A DNA stretch of 64,000 nucleotides, taken from Acidobacteriota bacterium. GTDB taxonomy: Bacteria > Acidobacteriota > Terriglobia > Bryobacterales > Bryobacteraceae. The stretch covers positions 13,586 to 77,585 of the forward strand of contig JAPKZA010000237.1 in NCBI GenBank assembly GCA_026394015.1, read 5' to 3'. A model generated the notes under the pieces. It was not told the DNA's origin, did no database searches, and saw nothing but the letters and a program-made list of their open reading frames with translations. Shown piece by piece: positions 27,024 through 36,844 of the stretch (position 1 is the first letter of the stretch; the number at the start of each line of letters is the position of its first letter). Position numbers and translations under genes: made by a program.

Positions 27024-29168
27024 GTGTTGAAAGCTCTCTTCATCGCCACCCTTCTCTCCCTAAGTTCCCTTTGGGCCGAGACCCCCCGCGCCGGGCACTC
27101 CCATTACGGGGAAGCGCTCGACTCCGGACCCCGGCAAAAGCCATGGGAGATCCGCGCCATCGGGAATACGCCCTTCCCGATCACCCACAAAAACCCGGAA
27201 GTGCAGAAATGGTTCAACCAGGGCAACGCCCTGCTCCACTCGTTCTGGTATTACGAAGCCGAGCGGGCGTTTCGGTGGTGCCTGAAATTGGAACCCGACA
27301 ATGCCATGGCCTGGTGGGGCTTGTCCCGCGCCGCGCAGGGCACCCGCGGTAAGGAGTTCCTGGCTGAAGCCGTCAAACACAAGGCCACCGTCACCGAGCG
27401 CGAACGCTGGTACATCGAGTCCTCGGCCGACGACACGACGCAAAACCCCGACGATCCCGGTTACCGCGAAGCCAATCGGAACCGCCAAAGGCGCATCCTC
27501 GAACGGATCGCCATGAAGTACCCGGATGATGTCGAAGCCCGGGCGCTTCTCGCCCTGACCAACATGATGGAAGACCGCTTCGGAACCGAGTTAATGGTCC
27601 AGCAGGTCCTCGCCAAGAACCCCGACCACCCCGGCGCTCATCACTACCGCATCCACAATTGGGACGGTAAGGATCCCGAGTTCGCCCTCGAAAGCTGCCG
27701 CCGTTACGGCGCCATCGCCCCCGCCATTGGCCACGCCCACCACATGCCCGGCCATATCTACTCCGGCATCGGCATGTGGCACGAAGCCGCCATCGCCATG
27801 GACGCCGCTACCCGCGTCGAAAAGCAGTACATGCGCGAGCGGATGACCCTGCCCTACAACAACTGGAACTACGCCCACAACAAAAACTATCTCGCCTATA
27901 TCCAGGGCCAACTCGGCATGTACGAAGCCGCCGTCAGCGCCGGACGTCAGTTGCTCGCCGCGCCGCTCGACCCTAAGGAGAACAAAGCCGAAGCCTTCAG
28001 CCCCCACTACCAGGGCCGTCTCGTGGTGAACCGGACGCTGGTTCGTTTTGAGCGCTGGAAGGAAATCCTTGACGGCAAGGCGTTCTACTGGAACGACAAA
28101 CTCCTGCGCGATAAAGAAGAGCGGGCCTTTCTCGAAGCCCTCGCCCACCTTGGCCTCGGCGATCTCGACAAGGCCCGCAAAAGCACCGAAAAGCACAAAG
28201 CCCTGCAAGCCGAAATCGAAAAAGAGAAATACGCCAAGCCCCGTTGGGAGTTGATGCAGGCCGAACTCAAAGCCAAGCTCCTCCTCGCCGAAGGGCAAAC
28301 GCTAGCCGGTCTCACCGCCCTCGGCAACGCCGCCGCCAAGTACGAAGCCCTCGTCGAAGGCCAGAACGATCCGCCCTTCTACCCCTCCTCGCTCTACCTC
28401 GATCTCGGCCGCGCTTACCTCCAGGCGAAATCGCCCGCCCTCGCCGTCAAGGCCTTCGAAAAGTCCCTCGAAATCACCCGCAACGACGGCTCCGCGCTCG
28501 CCGGCCTCGCCGAAGCGTGGCTCGCCCTCGGCGACAAGGCCAAAGCCACCGACCACTACGCCCGCTTGCTCCACGTCTGGTCCGACGCCGACCCCGGCTT
28601 CGCGCCCCTCGCCAAAGCGAAGGCCCTCGGCCTCACCGCCCAGCCCAAGGACGTCTCCCCCGCCCCGCAGCGCAACTACGCCAAAACCACCCTCGAAAGC
28701 CTCGGCCCGAACCGCTGGGAACCCTATGGCGCCCCTACTCTCGACGCCCTCGATTCGCAGAAGAAGCGCGTCACCCTCGAAGAGTACAAAGGCCGCAACG
28801 TCGTCCTGATCTTCTACCTCGGTCAGGAATGCCCCCATTGCCTCGAACAACTCCAGGAAGCCGCCAAACGCAACGGCGATTTTGAAAAACACAACACCGC
28901 CGTTCTAGCGATTTCCAGCAATGGCCCCGAAGACAACGCCGACTCGCTCAAACTCAAACAGGTGCCGTTCCGTGTCCTCTCCGACACCGGTTTCGCCAAC
29001 GCCAAGCGGTTTCTCTCCTACGACGATTTCGAGGAAATCGAACTCCATTCGACCATCCTGATCGACGCCAAAGGCCGCGTCCATTGGGCTCGCCACGGCG
29101 GAGACCCCTTCGCCAATTTCGACTTTTTACTCAAGGAGATTCAGCGCATCAATAGTCTCGCCGACTAG
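27024..29168 (+). CDS. Secreted TPR-containing protein with a C-terminal thioredoxin-fold peroxiredoxin/redoxin domain
   Basis: It starts at a GTG and has a signal peptide and TPR-like helical repeats. The C-terminus reads YKGRNVVLIFYLGQECPHCLEQL (CxxC redoxin). Confidence 0.75.
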   Translation: MLKALFIATLLSLSSLWAETPRAGHSHYGEALDSGPRQKPWEIRAIGNTPFPITHKNPEVQKWFNQGNALLHSFWYYEAERAFRWCLKLEPDNAMAWWGLSRAAQGTRGKEFLAEAVKHKATVTERERWYIESSADDTTQNPDDPGYREANRNRQRRILERIAMKYPDDVEARALLALTNMMEDRFGTELMVQQVLAKNPDHPGAHHYRIHNWDGKDPEFALESCRRYGAIAPAIGHAHHMPGHIYSGIGMWHEAAIAMDAATRVEKQYMRERMTLPYNNWNYAHNKNYLAYIQGQLGMYEAAVSAGRQLLAAPLDPKENKAEAFSPHYQGRLVVNRTLVRFERWKEILDGKAFYWNDKLLRDKEERAFLEALAHLGLGDLDKARKSTEKHKALQAEIEKEKYAKPRWELMQAELKAKLLLAEGQTLAGLTALGNAAAKYEALVEGQNDPPFYPSSLYLDLGRAYLQAKSPALAVKAFEKSLEITRNDGSALAGLAEAWLALGDKAKATDHYARLLHVWSDADPGFAPLAKAKALGLTAQPKDVSPAPQRNYAKTTLESLGPNRWEPYGAPTLDALDSQKKRVTLEEYKGRNVVLIFYLGQECPHCLEQLQEAAKRNGDFEKHNTAVLAISSNGPEDNADSLKLKQVPFRVLSDTGFANAKRFLSYDDFEEIELHSTILIDAKGRVHWARHGGDPFANFDFLLKEIQRINSLAD

Positions 29169-29189
29169 TGCGTGAACCCCCGCTGTTCG

Positions 29190-29735
29190 ATGGCTGAAGA
29201 ACCTAAACCCGCAAAAGCTCCGGCTGTCATGGCGACCGTCCCGTGGGACGGCGCTATCCCGGAACTCCTCCGCGAGCACCTCGGTGCCGCCGTCCTCGAC
29301 ACGCATCTGTACGTCGATCAACCCTTCGCCGTGTTAACCCTCGCCGCCATGCTCCCGGCGCTGGAACTGCTCCACGCCGAAGCCGACTTCGATTACCTCG
29401 TCGATATCACCGCCGTCGACTACCCCAAACGCGAGTGCCGCTTCGATCTCGTCTACATCGTCTACAGCCACTCGCGCAACCAGCGAGTCCGCCTGAAGGC
29501 GCAAGTGCCCGCCAATCAAAAGCCGCTCTCCGCCGTGCCCATCTTCCTCGGGGCCAACTGGCTTGAACGCGAAGTCTTCGACATGTTCGGCATCGAATTC
29601 GCCGGCCACCCCAACCTCACCCGCATCCTTATGCCCGATGAATGGAGCGGCTTCCCCCTCCGCAAAGATTACGGCATCATCCAAATGGATAACACTTGGG
29701 TCAAGAACAACCTCGGCATCGAGAGCGGCCAATGA
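29190..29735 (+). CDS. nuoC: NADH-quinone oxidoreductase subunit C
   Basis: The sequence DITAVDYP...[10 protein letters not shown]...[16 protein letters not shown] matches NuoC. Confidence 0.9.
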   Translation: MAEEPKPAKAPAVMATVPWDGAIPELLREHLGAAVLDTHLYVDQPFAVLTLAAMLPALELLHAEADFDYLVDITAVDYPKRECRFDLVYIVYSHSRNQRVRLKAQVPANQKPLSAVPIFLGANWLEREVFDMFGIEFAGHPNLTRILMPDEWSGFPLRKDYGIIQMDNTWVKNNLGIESGQ

Positions 29736-30838
29736 CCACCTCGCCCGACGCCAATGAACTGGTCCTCAATATGGGCCCGCAGCACCCGTCCACCCACGGC
29801 GTGCTCCGCATCGTTTTGAAGCTCGACGGCGAGCGCGTCAAGAGCACCGAGTGCATCATCGGCTACCTCCACCGCGGAGTCGAAAAAATCGCCGAGAATC
29901 GCACCTACGTCCAGTTCGCCCCCTACGTCGACCGCATGGACTACCTCGCCGCCGTCTCCAACGGCCTCGGCTACTGCCTTGCCGTAGAGAAGTTGATGAA
30001 CTCCGTCGCCCCGCCCCGCGCCCAAGCGGTCCGCGTGATTCTCACGGAACTCAACCGCATCGCCTCGCACCTGCTCTGGCTCGGCACCCACGCCCTCGAC
30101 ATCGGCGCCATCACCCCGCTGTTCTATACCCTCCGCGAACGCGAAGAGGTCCTCAAAATCTTCGAAAACTACTGCGGAGCGCGCCTCACGACGCACGCCT
30201 TCCGCATCGGCGGCCTGCAGTACGAACTCTACGAAGGCTTCGAACAGCAAGTGAACGCCTTCTGCGACCAATTCCCCGCCAAAGTCGACGAGTACGAAGA
30301 ACTCCTCGGCGGCAATCGCATCTGGCGCGAACGGCTCCGCGGAGTCGGCGTCCTCGACGCCGCCACGTGCAAACGTTACGGCGTCACCGGCCCCATGCTC
30401 CGCGCCGCCGGCGTCCCCTGGGATCTTCGCAAGGCCCAGCCCTATTCCGGCTACGAACAGTACGAGTTCGAAGTGCCCACCCGCTCCAGCGGCGACACCC
30501 TCGACCGCTACTTCGTCCGCCTCGACGAAATGCGCCAATCCGTCCGCATCGTGCGCCAAGCGGTCGCCAACATCCCCACCGGCCCCATCATGGCCAAAAT
30601 CGCCAAGGTCATCAAACCGCCCGTCGGCGAAGCCTACGTCTCCATCGAAGCGCCCAAAGGCGAACTCGGCTACTTCATCGTCAGCGACGGCTCCACCCAC
30701 CCCTACCGCCTCCGCGTCCGTCCCCCGTCCTTCGTCAACCTCCAAGCGCTGGACCACATGGCCAAAGGCGCTTTGGTCGCCGACGTCGTCGCCATCATCG
30801 GCACCATCGACATCGTCCTCGGCGAGGTCGACCGATGA
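29732..30838 (+). CDS. nuoD: NADH-quinone oxidoreductase subunit D
   Basis: The N-terminus reads [23 protein letters not shown] and the C-terminus reads [13 protein letters not shown]. It overlaps nuoC with ATGA. Confidence 0.92.
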   Translation: MTTSPDANELVLNMGPQHPSTHGVLRIVLKLDGERVKSTECIIGYLHRGVEKIAENRTYVQFAPYVDRMDYLAAVSNGLGYCLAVEKLMNSVAPPRAQAVRVILTELNRIASHLLWLGTHALDIGAITPLFYTLREREEVLKIFENYCGARLTTHAFRIGGLQYELYEGFEQQVNAFCDQFPAKVDEYEELLGGNRIWRERLRGVGVLDAATCKRYGVTGPMLRAAGVPWDLRKAQPYSGYEQYEFEVPTRSSGDTLDRYFVRLDEMRQSVRIVRQAVANIPTGPIMAKIAKVIKPPVGEAYVSIEAPKGELGYFIVSDGSTHPYRLRVRPPSFVNLQALDHMAKGALVADVVAIIGTIDIVLGEVDR

Positions 30839-31290
30839 AGCAGTTCCTCCGCCGGTTCCTCCTCCTCGACCTCCTCGAAGGCCTCTGGGTCACCTTCCGT
30901 CATCAGGATACGAGGCTCATCACCACCGAACAATACCCCAGCCAACGGCCCGCCGTCAGCGAGCGCTACCGCGGCGCGCCACGCCTGAATAACCACCCCG
31001 AAACCAACGAAACGCTCTGCATCTCCTGCAACCTCTGCGCCGTCGCCTGCCCGGAAAATCTCATCGTCGTCGGCAGCGTCCGCAACGCCGAAACCAAGCG
31101 CAAAGACCTCGTCACCTTCACCTACGACCTCTCCCGCTGCATGTTCTGCGGCCTCTGTGAAGACGCCTGCCCCGTCGACGCCCTGGAACTCACGCAGGAT
31201 TTCGAAATCGCCAGCTATACTCGCGAAGGCCTCATCTGGGATCGACAAGCCTTGGAGGAAGGGCCTCGGCCCACCCAATATCGCCAATGA
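30835..31290 (+). CDS. nuoI: NADH-quinone oxidoreductase subunit I (2x[4Fe-4S])
   Basis: [12 protein letters not shown] and [12 protein letters not shown] are the two cluster motifs. It is the C-terminal part of track ORF 29851..31290, and its start overlaps the nuoD stop. Confidence 0.9.
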   Translation: MKQFLRRFLLLDLLEGLWVTFRHQDTRLITTEQYPSQRPAVSERYRGAPRLNNHPETNETLCISCNLCAVACPENLIVVGSVRNAETKRKDLVTFTYDLSRCMFCGLCEDACPVDALELTQDFEIASYTREGLIWDRQALEEGPRPTQYRQ

Positions 31291-31781
31291 ACCTCGACGT
31301 CTTCTTCTTTTACGCGTTCACAACGCTCGCCCTCGGCGGCGGCCTCCTCGCCATCACCCGCCGCAGCGCCGTCCATGCCGCCATCGCCCTCATGGTCTCC
31401 CTGCTCGGCGTGGCCGGCCTCTATCTCCAACTCCAGGCCGAGTTCCTCTTCGTCTCCCAGATCATCATTTACATCGGCGGCATCCTGCTGCTCTTCTTAT
31501 TCGTCATCATGCTCGTCAACCTCGACGCCGGTAAAGGCCTCCGCCAGTTCCATAAAAACTGGCCCCTCGGCGCTGCCGTCACGGCCCTCACCGGCATCGC
31601 CCTCGCCGTCCTCCTCAGCCGCGCCCAACTCCCACCCGCCCAGCAAATGCCCTCCACCGGCAACGTCGAACTCGTCGCCGACACGCTCTTCCAGGACTAC
31701 CTCGTCCCCTTCGAAGTCGCCTCCCTCCTGCTCCTGGTCGCGGTCGTAGGCTCCGTCCTCCTGGCAAGGAAACGCGCATGA
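31287..31781 (+). CDS. nuoJ: NADH-quinone oxidoreductase subunit J
   Basis: It is a hydrophobic 164-aa protein with NuoJ-like sequence ([24 protein letters not shown]). Position in the operon supports the call. Confidence 0.85.
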   Translation: MNLDVFFFYAFTTLALGGGLLAITRRSAVHAAIALMVSLLGVAGLYLQLQAEFLFVSQIIIYIGGILLLFLFVIMLVNLDAGKGLRQFHKNWPLGAAVTALTGIALAVLLSRAQLPPAQQMPSTGNVELVADTLFQDYLVPFEVASLLLLVAVVGSVLLARKRA

Positions 31782-32080
31782 TCTCTACCATGCACTACGT
31801 CGCCGTCAGCCTGGCCATGCTCCTCATCGGCACCGTCGGCCTCCTCACCCGCCGCAACATCGTCATCATCCTGATGTCCATCGAACTCATCCTCAACGCG
31901 GTGAACATCAACCTCGTCGCCTTCTCCAAACACCACGGCAACGCCGCCGGCCAGGTCTTCGCCATCTTCGTCATCGCCGTCGCCGTTGCCGAAGCCGCCG
32001 TCGGCCTGGGCATTCTGCTCGCTCTTTACCGCAACCGCGAAACGGTGCAGGTCGACGAAATCGACCTGCTCAAATGGTAG
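31778..32080 (+). CDS. nuoK: NADH-quinone oxidoreductase subunit K
   Basis: It is 100 aa with three TM helices and contains [16 protein letters not shown]...[15 protein letters not shown]. Confidence 0.9.
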   Translation: MISTMHYVAVSLAMLLIGTVGLLTRRNIVIILMSIELILNAVNINLVAFSKHHGNAAGQVFAIFVIAVAVAEAAVGLGILLALYRNRETVQVDEIDLLKW

Positions 32081-32088
32081 CCCCCTAG

Positions 32089-33944
32089 ATGAACTTTCTC
32101 GAAACCATCTGGCTCATTCCCGTCTTCCCGCTCGTCGGCGCGATCCTCATGATGCTGCTCGGTCGCTATGAGTTCCTCGACCCGCAAGACGAATGCACGG
32201 CGCTCGAAAATCATCACCACCACGACCGCGGCCACGACCAGGACCTCCGCTCCCCCGGCGGCCTCCGCTGGGCCATCGGCCCCCTCTGCTCCGGCTTCGT
32301 TTTGCTGTCGTTCCTCTGGAGCCTCGGGGCCGTCCTCGCCGGCCGCACCGAGCAAATTCTCTTCACCTGGGTCGCCGGGCTACCCTTCCCCACCTTCGAT
32401 GGCCGCCCCGCCGTCCTCGCCGCCGACTGGGGCTATCTCCTCGATCCCCTCAGCGCCGTCATGATCCTCATGGTCACCGGCATCGGCTTCCTCATCCACG
32501 TCTACTCCATCGCCTACATGGAGCACGATGGCGGCCTCTATCGCTACTTCGGCTGCCTCAATCTCTTCGTCTTCTTCATGCTCATCCTGGTGATGGCGAA
32601 CAACTATCTCCTGTTGTTCATCGGCTGGGCGGGCGTCGGCCTCGCGAGCTATCTGCTCATCGGCTTCTACTTCAAACGCAAGCCCGCCAGCGACGCCGCC
32701 ATGAAAGCGTTCCTCATGAACCGCCTCGGCGACGCCGGCTACCTCATGGCTCTCTTCTTCCTCCTCGGCATCTTCGGCACCCTCCGGTTCACCGCCATCG
32801 ACGCCTCCGCCGCCCCCTGGCTCCCCTGGGCCACCCTCCTCCTCCTCGTCGCCGCCACCGGCAAAAGCGCGCAGATTCCGCTCTTCACCTGGCTCCCCGA
32901 CGCCATGGAAGGCCCCACCCCCGTCTCCGCCCTCATCCACGCCGCCACCTGCTCGCCTACTCCACCATCAGCCAACTCGGCCTCATGTTCATCGCCCTCG
33001 GCGTCGGTGCCTACTGGGCCGCCCTCTTCCACGTCGTCACCCACGCCTTCTTCAAAGCCCAACTCTTCCTCGGTGCCGGCTCCGTCATCCATGCCCTCGA
33101 CGGCGAACAGGATATCCGTTTCATGGGCGGCCTCCGCCACCGCATGCCGCACACCTTCCGCACCATGTTCATCGCCACCCTGGCGCTCGCCGGCTGGCCC
33201 GGCCTCGCTGGCTTCTTCTCGAAAGACGCGATCCTCTCGAGCGCCTGGGCCGCCTCCCCCGCCCTGTTCGGCGTCGGCCTGCTCACCGCCCTGCTCACCG
33301 CCTTTTACATGGGCCGTCTCCTGTTCCTTACCTTCTTCGGCCTCTATCGCGGCCACGTCGAAATCGAAGAGTCGCCCAAACGGATGATCATCCCCCTCTG
33401 GATCCTCAGCCTCGGCTCCATCGCCGCCGGTTGGTTCGCCGGGCCCTTCGCCCATCATCTCGGTGCCACGCCCGCCCCCCACTCCTGGGGCGTCATGGCC
33501 GCCTCCGCCGCTGTCGCCATCGGCGGCTTGGCGCTGGCCTATCACTTCTATCTCAGCCGCCCTGGCACGGCCGACCGCGTCGAATCCGCCGCCGCCCCCG
33601 TCGCCAAGCTCCTCCGCGCCGCCTGGTACTTCGACGATCTCTACGAATGGGCCATCGTCCGCGGCTTCGCCCGTGGCGGCGGCTCCGCCCTCTCCACCCT
33701 CGATCAAAAAATCGTCGACGGCGGAGTCAACGGCGTCGGCTGGCTCACCCGCCAAACCGGTGCCCTCAGCCGCTGGGCCGATACCTGGATCATCGACGGA
33801 GCCGTCAACCTAACCGCCCTCACCGTGAAGCTCTCGTCCTTCCCCGTCCGCTTCCTCCAAACCGGCTTCGCCCAAAGCTACGCCCTGGTCATCGTCATGA
33901 GCCTCGCCGCCCTCGCCGGCTGGTACATCCTGAGGAGCGCCTAA
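32089..33944 (+). pseudogene. nuoL: NADH-quinone oxidoreductase subunit L, disrupted by a frame switch and internal deletion near 32947-32951
   Basis: The NuoL sequence is in frame 1 up to ...GPTPVSALIHAAT (about 32949). It continues in frame 0 as LLAYSTISQLGLMFIALGVGAY...HAFFKAQLFLGAGSVIHAL up to the stop at 33944. The conserved MVTAGVY...DIKR segment between these two parts is missing. Confidence 0.8.
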
Positions 33945-33947
33945 CCC

Positions 33948-35414
33948 ATGTCCTGGCTCTCTTCGCTCATCCTCCTCCCCCTCCTCGGCGTCCTCGTCCT
34001 CCCGTTCCTCCCGGCCTCCCTCATCCGCTGGTGGGCCAATGGCATCCTCCTCGCCGGGCTAGCCCTCGCCGCGCCTCTCTGGCAGCACTTTGATCGCGCC
34101 GCCACCGGCTACCAATTCGTCGAACGCCTCCCCTGGATTCCCTCCCTCGGTGCCCAATATCTCCTCGGCCTCGACGGCATCAGTCTCCTCCTCGTCCTGC
34201 TCACGGCCCTCCTCGGCCCCCTCGCCTCGCTCGCCTCCTGGAACGCGATCGAAGACCGCACCAAAGAGTTCTACGCCATGCTCCTGCTCCTCCAAGCCGG
34301 CATGCTCGGGCTCTTCCTCGCCCAGGATCTCCTGCTCTTCTTCGTCTTCTTCGAAGTCGTCCTCGTCCCCATGTATTTCCTCATCGGTATCTGGGGTGCC
34401 GAACGCCGCCTCTACGCCGCCATCAAGTTCTTCCTCTACACCCTCGCCGGCAGCGTCGTCCTCCTGCTCGGCATCATCGGCCTCTACTGGCTCGGCACCC
34501 AGCAACTCCCTCGCCCCACCTTCGAACTCGCCGAACTGCTCAAACTGAAGCTCTCCCTCGACGCCCAACGTTGGCTCTTCTGGGCCTTCTTCGCCGGCTT
34601 CGCCATCAAGGTCCCCATGGTGCCCTTCCACACCTGGCTGCCCGACGCCCACACCGAAGCCCCCACCGCCGGCTCCGTCCTCCTCGCTGGCGTCCTGCTG
34701 AAAATGGGCACCTACGGCCTCATCCGCTTCTCCCTCCCGCTGTTCCCGGAAGCCGCCCGCGAAGCCGCCCCCTTCCTCGCCGTGCTCTCCATCCTCGCCA
34801 TCCTCTACGGCGCCCTCATCAGCCTCGTCCAAACCGATTGGAAGCGCCTCGTCGCCTACTCCTCGGTCAGCCACATGGGCTTCTGCACCCTCGGCATCGC
34901 CGCCCTCAACGCCAACGGCTTAGCCGGCAGCGTCCTCCAGCAGATCAACCACGGCATCTCCACCAGCCTCCTCTTTCTCCTCGTCGGCTTCGCCTATGAG
35001 CGCCGCCACACCCGCAAAATCGCCGATTACGGCGGCCTCGCCGTCGTCATGCCCCGCTTCGCCTTCGTCTTCGCCGTCGCCGTCTTCAGCTCCGCCGGCC
35101 TCCCGTTGCTGAACGGCTTCATCGGCGAGTTCCTCATCCTCCAAGGCGCTTTCACCGCCAACCGCGCCTGGGCCGCCTTCGCCGTCCTCGGCGTCGTCCT
35201 CGGCGCGGCCTACCTCCTCTGGCTCTATCAACGCACCATGCTCGGCGAACTCCGCCACGAAGCCAACCGCGGCCTCGCCGATCTCTCCGTCCGCGAATGG
35301 GCCACTGTCCTCCCCCTCCTCGGCCTCGCTCTCGCCATCGGCGTCTATCCCAAACCCTACTTCGCCGTCCTCGAACGCCCCGTCCTCGAACTCGTCGGGA
35401 GGCTCGCCCGATGA
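33948..35414 (+). CDS. nuoM: NADH-quinone oxidoreductase subunit M
   Basis: It is a 488-aa antiporter-like subunit containing FHTWLPDAHTEAPTAGSVLLAGVLLKMGTYG. Confidence 0.9.
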   Translation: MSWLSSLILLPLLGVLVLPFLPASLIRWWANGILLAGLALAAPLWQHFDRAATGYQFVERLPWIPSLGAQYLLGLDGISLLLVLLTALLGPLASLASWNAIEDRTKEFYAMLLLLQAGMLGLFLAQDLLLFFVFFEVVLVPMYFLIGIWGAERRLYAAIKFFLYTLAGSVVLLLGIIGLYWLGTQQLPRPTFELAELLKLKLSLDAQRWLFWAFFAGFAIKVPMVPFHTWLPDAHTEAPTAGSVLLAGVLLKMGTYGLIRFSLPLFPEAAREAAPFLAVLSILAILYGALISLVQTDWKRLVAYSSVSHMGFCTLGIAALNANGLAGSVLQQINHGISTSLLFLLVGFAYERRHTRKIADYGGLAVVMPRFAFVFAVAVFSSAGLPLLNGFIGEFLILQGAFTANRAWAAFAVLGVVLGAAYLLWLYQRTMLGELRHEANRGLADLSVREWATVLPLLGLALAIGVYPKPYFAVLERPVLELVGRLAR

Positions 35415-36844
35415 GCCACTTCTACACCGACGTGGACCACTTCGCCCTCCTCCCCGCCATCATCCTGGCCCTGTTCGGCTGCGCCATCTTCCTCTTCGAT
35501 TCCCTTCTCGAAGCCCGCAGCCGCCGCTGGCAACTCTGTCTCATCCTCCCCGGCCTCGCCATCACCGGCTGGCAACTTTGGAAGCAGGGCCAAGTCGGCA
35601 CCTTCACCGCCTTCCACGGCGCATTAACCATCGACCCTTTCTCGCTCTTCTTCAACTGGCTCTTCCTCCTCACGGCCGTCCTCGTCGCCCTCATCAGCTA
35701 CCGCTACCTCGAAATTGAAAAAGAGCACCAGGGCGAATACTACGGCCTCGTCCTCATGGCCCAAGCCGGCGCCTATTTCCTCTCGACCGGCACCGAACTC
35801 ATCACCCTCTTCATCGGCCTGGAAACGATGTCCCTCAGCTTCTACGTCCTCGTCGGCTTCCTCCGCGAAAAGCGCCGGTCGAATGAAGCAGCCCTGAAGT
35901 ACCTCCTCCTCGGCGCCTTCTCCAGCGGCATCCTCGCCTACGGCTTCTCCATCCTCTACGGCATTGCCGGCACCACGTATCTTTCTGACATCGCCGTCGC
36001 CGTCGCCGCCCGCCCGGCCTTTGACCCGCTCACCGTCATCGCAATTCTCACGATCTCCACCGGCGTTCTCTTCAAGATCTCCGCCGCGCCCTTCCACATG
36101 TGGGCCCCCGATACCTACGAAGGCGCTCCCACCGCCGTCACCGCCTTCCTCGCCGTCGGCTCCAAAATCGCCAGCCTCGCCCTCCTCCTCCGCCTCTTCC
36201 TCGGTCCTCTGGCCAGCGCCCGCGAAGCCTGGGAACCGCTCATGGTCCTCGCCGCCGTCGCCAGCCTCACCGTCGGCAACCTCGCCGCCGTCACCCAAAC
36301 CAGCGCCAAGCGCCTGCTCGCCTATAGCTCCATCGCCCACGCCGGCTATCTCCTCCTCGGCCTCATCGCCGGCAATGCCACCGGCCTCCAAGGCATCGCC
36401 ATCTACACTGGTGCCTACGTCTTCATGACCATCGGCGCCTTCCTCGTCTTAATCGCCGTCCACGGCGACGACATCGACGATCTCAACGGCTTCGCCCGCC
36501 GCCATCCCGCCTACGCCATCCCCATGGTCGTCTTCCTCCTCTCGCTCGCCGGCCTTCCGCCCACCGCCGGCTTCCTCGGCAAATACTACATTTTTCTAGC
36601 CCTCATCGAATCCGGCCGCTACGCTCTCGCCCTCGTCGGAGCCGTCTACGTCGCCGTTTCACTCTTCTACTACTTCCGCCTGGTCCGCTCCATGTTCCTC
36701 CTGCCCGCCACCTTAACCGTCCCGCCCCTGCCTACCAGCCTAGGCCTCCGCCTCGCCCTCGGGGCCACCGGCCTCATCACGCTCGGGGCCGGCATCTACC
36801 CCGAACCGTTCCTCCAACTCGCGGCGAGGTCGCTCCTCAAATGA
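35411..36844 (+). CDS. nuoN: NADH-quinone oxidoreductase subunit N
   Basis: Start at MSHFYTDVDHFALLPAIIL with an ATGA overlap onto nuoM. It contains FKISAAPFHMWAPDTYEGAPT. Confidence 0.9.
   Translation: MSHFYTDVDHFALLPAIILALFGCAIFLFDSLLEARSRRWQLCLILPGLAITGWQLWKQGQVGTFTAFHGALTIDPFSLFFNWLFLLTAVLVALISYRYLEIEKEHQGEYYGLVLMAQAGAYFLSTGTELITLFIGLETMSLSFYVLVGFLREKRRSNEAALKYLLLGAFSSGILAYGFSILYGIAGTTYLSDIAVAVAARPAFDPLTVIAILTISTGVLFKISAAPFHMWAPDTYEGAPTAVTAFLAVGSKIASLALLLRLFLGPLASAREAWEPLMVLAAVASLTVGNLAAVTQTSAKRLLAYSSIAHAGYLLLGLIAGNATGLQGIAIYTGAYVFMTIGAFLVLIAVHGDDIDDLNGFARRHPAYAIPMVVFLLSLAGLPPTAGFLGKYYIFLALIESGRYALALVGAVYVAVSLFYYFRLVRSMFLLPATLTVPPLPTSLGLRLALGATGLITLGAGIYPEPFLQLAARSLLK

Noticed and set aside
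29669-30757. 362-aa minus ORF, and the N-terminal ~330 codons of + ORF 29851..31290
   Set aside because: Both are shadows or alternative frames of nuoD. Only the last 151 codons of the 479-aa ORF (nuoI) are real.
32739-36391. Several 250-340-aa minus ORFs (32739..33755, 34059..34874, 35624..36391)
   Set aside because: They are Gly/Glu/Asp/Ala-rich antisense shadows of nuoL, nuoM and nuoN.
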